Assembly (NCBI GenBank): GCA_964490075.1
Contig: CAZBBK010000026.1
Location: 50,499-70,498, forward strand
Direction of reading: 5' to 3'
Length of the DNA: 20,000 nt
Origin: an uncultured Gemmatimonadota bacterium
GTDB lineage: Bacteria; GCA-2686955
Part shown: positions 17,097 through 20,000 of the stretch, one piece after another
Layout of the letters: every line of letters begins with the position of its first letter
Numbering within the stretch: position 1 is the first letter of the stretch
Made by a program: the position numbers and the translations under genes
The notes under the pieces: generated by a model
Databases searched by the model: none
Told to the model about the DNA's origin: nothing
The model's input: only the letters and a program-made list of their open reading frames with translations

Positions 17097-17112
17097 GGGT
17101 TCGCGGACCCTT
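17095..17112. other. Short hairpin filling the gap between convergent stop codons
   Basis: GAGGGTT-CGCG-GACCCTT inverted repeat between TGA (17094-17096) and the minus-strand TAA (17111-17113). No U-tract, so terminator function is doubtful. Confidence 0.25.
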
Positions 17113-18079
17113 ACTCCATCGTAATGATGATCTTGCCCTGGTGATCGCCGCTCCCGAAGTGGCGCAACGCCTCGGGGAGGTCGGCGAGCCGGTAGGGACC
17201 GTCGAGCACCGGCAAGAGAGAGCCGGCCTCGAAGAGCTCGTTCATGGTTGCGAGGTCCTTGTTGGGCTTCAGGGCGAGGATTCGCACCTTCTTGCCGCGC
17301 AATCGCGAGATCAGGGGGCCGATGAGCAGCGACTGAATCAGTCGTGATGTGTCGCCACCAACGGTCACGTAGGTGCCGCCCGGATTCAGTGCGCGGGCGC
17401 AGCCGAAGGGCGAACGTTGCGATTTGACGTCGAGAATCAGGTCGTAACGCTCTTGGCAGCGAGCGAAGTCCTCTTCGAGACAGTCGATGACGTGGTCGGC
17501 GCCGATGGTGCGCAACATCGCCAGCTTGGCGCGCTTGTCGACCGCCGTCACCTCGGCGCCGTGGAGCTTGGCGATCTGCACGGCGAAGGTGCCGACACCT
17601 CCGCCGGCTCCGTTCAGCAGCAGCTTCTGGCCGGACTCGATCCCGCCGAGATCGATCAATCCCTGTATCGCCAGCATGCCGGCCTGCGGGATGGCGGCGG
17701 CCTGCTCGAAGCTCATCGCGGCCGGCTTGTGCACCAGGGCCGATTCCGGCGCGCAAACGAGCTCGGCGAAGGCGCCGAAGCCGCTGCCGCACAGATCGCC
17801 GTAGACCTCGTCGCCCGGAGCGAAGGCCGCGACGGCCTCCCCCACCGCCTCGACGCAGCCGGCGATGTCAGCGCCGAGGATGCGCACTTTCGGCCTGAAG
17901 AGGCCGCTGATCAGGCGATTCACCAGGGGTGTGCCGCGCAGCAGTCCCCAGTCCCAGTCGTTGACGGAGGCGGCCCGCACCCGAACCAGCACCTCGTCGG
18001 CCTTGGGCGAGGGTGTCGCTACCTCTCTCAGCTCCAGGACCTCGGGGGTCCCGTAGCGCTCCATGACCATGGCTTTCAT
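17111..18079 (-). CDS. NAD(P)-dependent MDR-family oxidoreductase (quinone reductase-like 'alcohol dehydrogenase')
   Basis: MKAMV..YGTPEVL, EVLVRVRAASVNDWD, ILGADIAG.VEAVG, Rossmann LLNGAGGGVGTFAVQIAK, C-terminal GKIII. Lacks the Zn-binding CHSD/GHE motifs. Confidence 0.92.
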   Translation of the reverse strand: MKAMVMERYGTPEVLELREVATPSPKADEVLVRVRAASVNDWDWGLLRGTPLVNRLISGLFRPKVRILGADIAGCVEAVGEAVAAFAPGDEVYGDLCGSGFGAFAELVCAPESALVHKPAAMSFEQAAAIPQAGMLAIQGLIDLGGIESGQKLLLNGAGGGVGTFAVQIAKLHGAEVTAVDKRAKLAMLRTIGADHVIDCLEEDFARCQERYDLILDVKSQRSPFGCARALNPGGTYVTVGGDTSRLIQSLLIGPLISRLRGKKVRILALKPNKDLATMNELFEAGSLLPVLDGPYRLADLPEALRHFGSGDHQGKIIITME

Positions 18080-18085
18080 TCGCCG

Positions 18086-19891
18086 TTACTCCAAGAGCAC
18101 CGCCGTGGAGTCCGACGCGAGCGTCGGCAGCCAGGTGCGGTAGCGGTAGTCGCCCGGCGGGGCGTCGAAGGGGATCTGTAGCGAGTCTCGCAACACTATT
18201 TGTTCCAGTGGCGCGAGCTCGAGCGGCCGCGGAGCGGGGCGGAGGGCTCCGCCCTCTGGTAGGTGGAGGGTGGCGTGGAGGGTGGTCTCGCGGGCGAATC
18301 CGGCGCGCTCGAAAATGCGTCGCGTGACACTGGTCGTCTGGCCGGTGAAGGCGCGGCGGGTGTCCGGTGTGGCGAAGAGCGCGATTTCCAGGCGCTGGTC
18401 GGAGGGCCAGGCGCCGATGTCGGCGCGGGTGCCGTCCGGGTCGATGAGGTCCGGGTCGCCGGCGTCGACCAGGGGGGAGTCGGGGTGCAGGCGGTGATCG
18501 CCGCGTTCGGGATCGATGAGGATCGGGTCGAGGCTCAGGTGGCCTTCGCCGGCCGGTGCCCGGTAGCGATCGATACGATTGTCCCAGACGTTGCAAGATG
18601 TGGTGCGAAAGGCGCCGCTCTGGAGGGCGTGCACACCGGTGTCGTTGCCGCTGATCAGGCACCAGCGGAGGGCGAGGAAGATGTTGTCGGTCGCACCGCG
18701 AGCGTCGGGCACGCCGGCCGCGCCGTTGCCGGCAGCGGTGCTGAGGACGAGGCGGCTGCGGCCGTCGCTGGCGAGCCGGAAGCCGTCGCGCCCGGTGCCG
18801 GTCGATTCGCAGCGGCGGATATCCACGCGCGCCTGTGGAACGCGCCGAGCCACCTGCGTGGTGGTGACACCGGAGCCTTTGTTGTCACGCACCAGCACCC
18901 GGCGCAAGGTCGCGGTCGTTGTGTCGGGGTCGCGCCAGATCGACACTCCCGCACCCTGGTTCTCTTCGATCACGCAGTCCTCGATCTGCGCACCCTGACC
19001 CGCGATCGAGAGACCGGCGCCCAGCACCGGGTCGGGCCAGAGGGTGTTGGCGCGCACCAGGCAGCGGCGCAGCTCGGCGGCGCCGCCTTCGATGTAGACC
19101 CCGCCTCCCCGCTACGCCGAGCATCGCTCGATGATGCAGCCGACGATGTGCGGCGCGGCCTGGTCACGGATCGAAATCCCACCCTCGTAATGTAGCCCGT
19201 CCCGCCGCGCACCGTGAATCCCGCGAGAACGCAGGGGGAGTCTTCGCCGGGCCCGAAGCTCACCACCGGGCCCGTCCCGGCGCCGTCGATGACGGTCTGC
19301 TCGGGGTCGCGGGTCGAGCGCAGTGTGATGCGGCGTCCGGCGAAGTCGACCTGCTCGACGTAGGTGCCCGGGCCGACCAGCACCCGGTCGTGGTCCACCG
19401 ACGCGTCGAGGGCGGTGCCGATGCTGGGGAAGTCCTCCGGGACGCGGAGCACGGCCCCCTCGCGCCATACCAGGACCGGCACGGCGTCGGCCGCCAGGAG
19501 GGGTCGGTCCGCCGGCCAGATCAGGCGCGCGCTGAGCGGGTGCTCGCCCGAGCGGGTGGTGTCGGGGTAGTGGACGACGATCGGGAGCTCCAGGTGGCCG
19601 CGGCGCGGGATCTCGACCAGGGTGTCGAGGGGCGCGAGCGTGGCGCCCGGCCCGGTGGAAAGGACCAGGAGCCGCGGCGGCGTCGGCACCGGCCGGCGAG
19701 CGCGGACCCGGACGGCGGCGAGCAGCGGCTGATTGCTCTCGTGCTCCTCGGGCACTCCCAGCAGCCGCAGCTCGATCTCGTCGCGCTCGGGCTGGCGGCG
19801 CTCCACCGCCCCCAGGTCGGCCAGAGCACCGCCGCGCGGCGGCACCGGCCAGTGCGGCGATCCCGCGTCCCAGGGCGGGGGAGTCGGGCTG
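18086..19891 (-). pseudogene. Disrupted right-handed parallel beta-helix repeat protein (multi-module, 5' truncated)
   Basis: One protein logic spread over several ORFs. VPEDFPSIGTAL..GPGTY...GFTVRGGTG (frame of 18970..19941) shifts at ~19190 to YEGGISI...IIERCSA, hits TAG at 19112-19114, then continues in frame RGGGVYIEGG into ORF 18086..19057 (..DP...HRLHPDSPLVDAGDP...DGTRADIGA). A further frameshift lies at ~19870. Confidence 0.75.
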
Positions 19892-20000
19892 AGGTTTCGA
19901 TATGGCGAGCCTCTACGCAGCGAGCGGCCGGTATGGGACAAGACCTGCCCTGTACCGTTTCTCCCAACCTGGCTGGAGCCCCTGCTCAGGGATGATCCAG

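Noticed and set aside
19112-19114. TAG recoding (pyrrolysine or stop reassignment)
   Set aside because: TAG serves as a normal stop at 2741-2743 and 14711-14713, and nearby frameshifts point to decay or sequence error instead.
19902-20000. Possible + strand gene start (GAGGT then ATG 19902, open to the window end)
   Set aside because: Only 33 codons are visible, with atypical codon usage and no recognisable motif.
1-20000. CRISPR arrays, tRNA/rRNA genes, transposases or integrases
   Set aside because: None seen. Short GCC/GCG runs (e.g. ~10148-10165) are Ala-codon tracts inside genes.

Overview
Very GC-rich (by eye >70%) diderm bacterial DNA; the sorting domains suggest an FCB-related, non-Bacteroidota lineage (inference). 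The left edge holds a minus-strand patatin-like gene with a receiver-like N-terminus. It runs off the window and is absent from the ORF track. The centre (~1724-17096, + strand) is a tightly coupled 12-gene envelope operon: TPR lipoprotein; large Cys-rich FG-GAP/Ig adhesin-like protein with a T9SS type-B-like C-terminal sorting domain; PorP/SprF-like barrel with a long C-terminal extension; ExbB/TolQ plus two ExbD/TolR; a TonB-like TM/Pro-rich protein; a TPR-like protein; an unknown exported protein; and three non-catalytic FGE/SUMF1-fold proteins (the GldK/GldJ fold), the last carrying FN3-like repeats. The main candidate system is a T9SS-like secretion or surface-display apparatus in which an Exb/Tol-type (AglRQS-like) motor occupies the place of PorL/PorM. 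The right end holds a convergent MDR oxidoreductase and a disrupted beta-helix gene with two frameshifts, an in-frame TAG and an apparent 5' truncation. All family calls come from motif recognition by eye; no searches were run.
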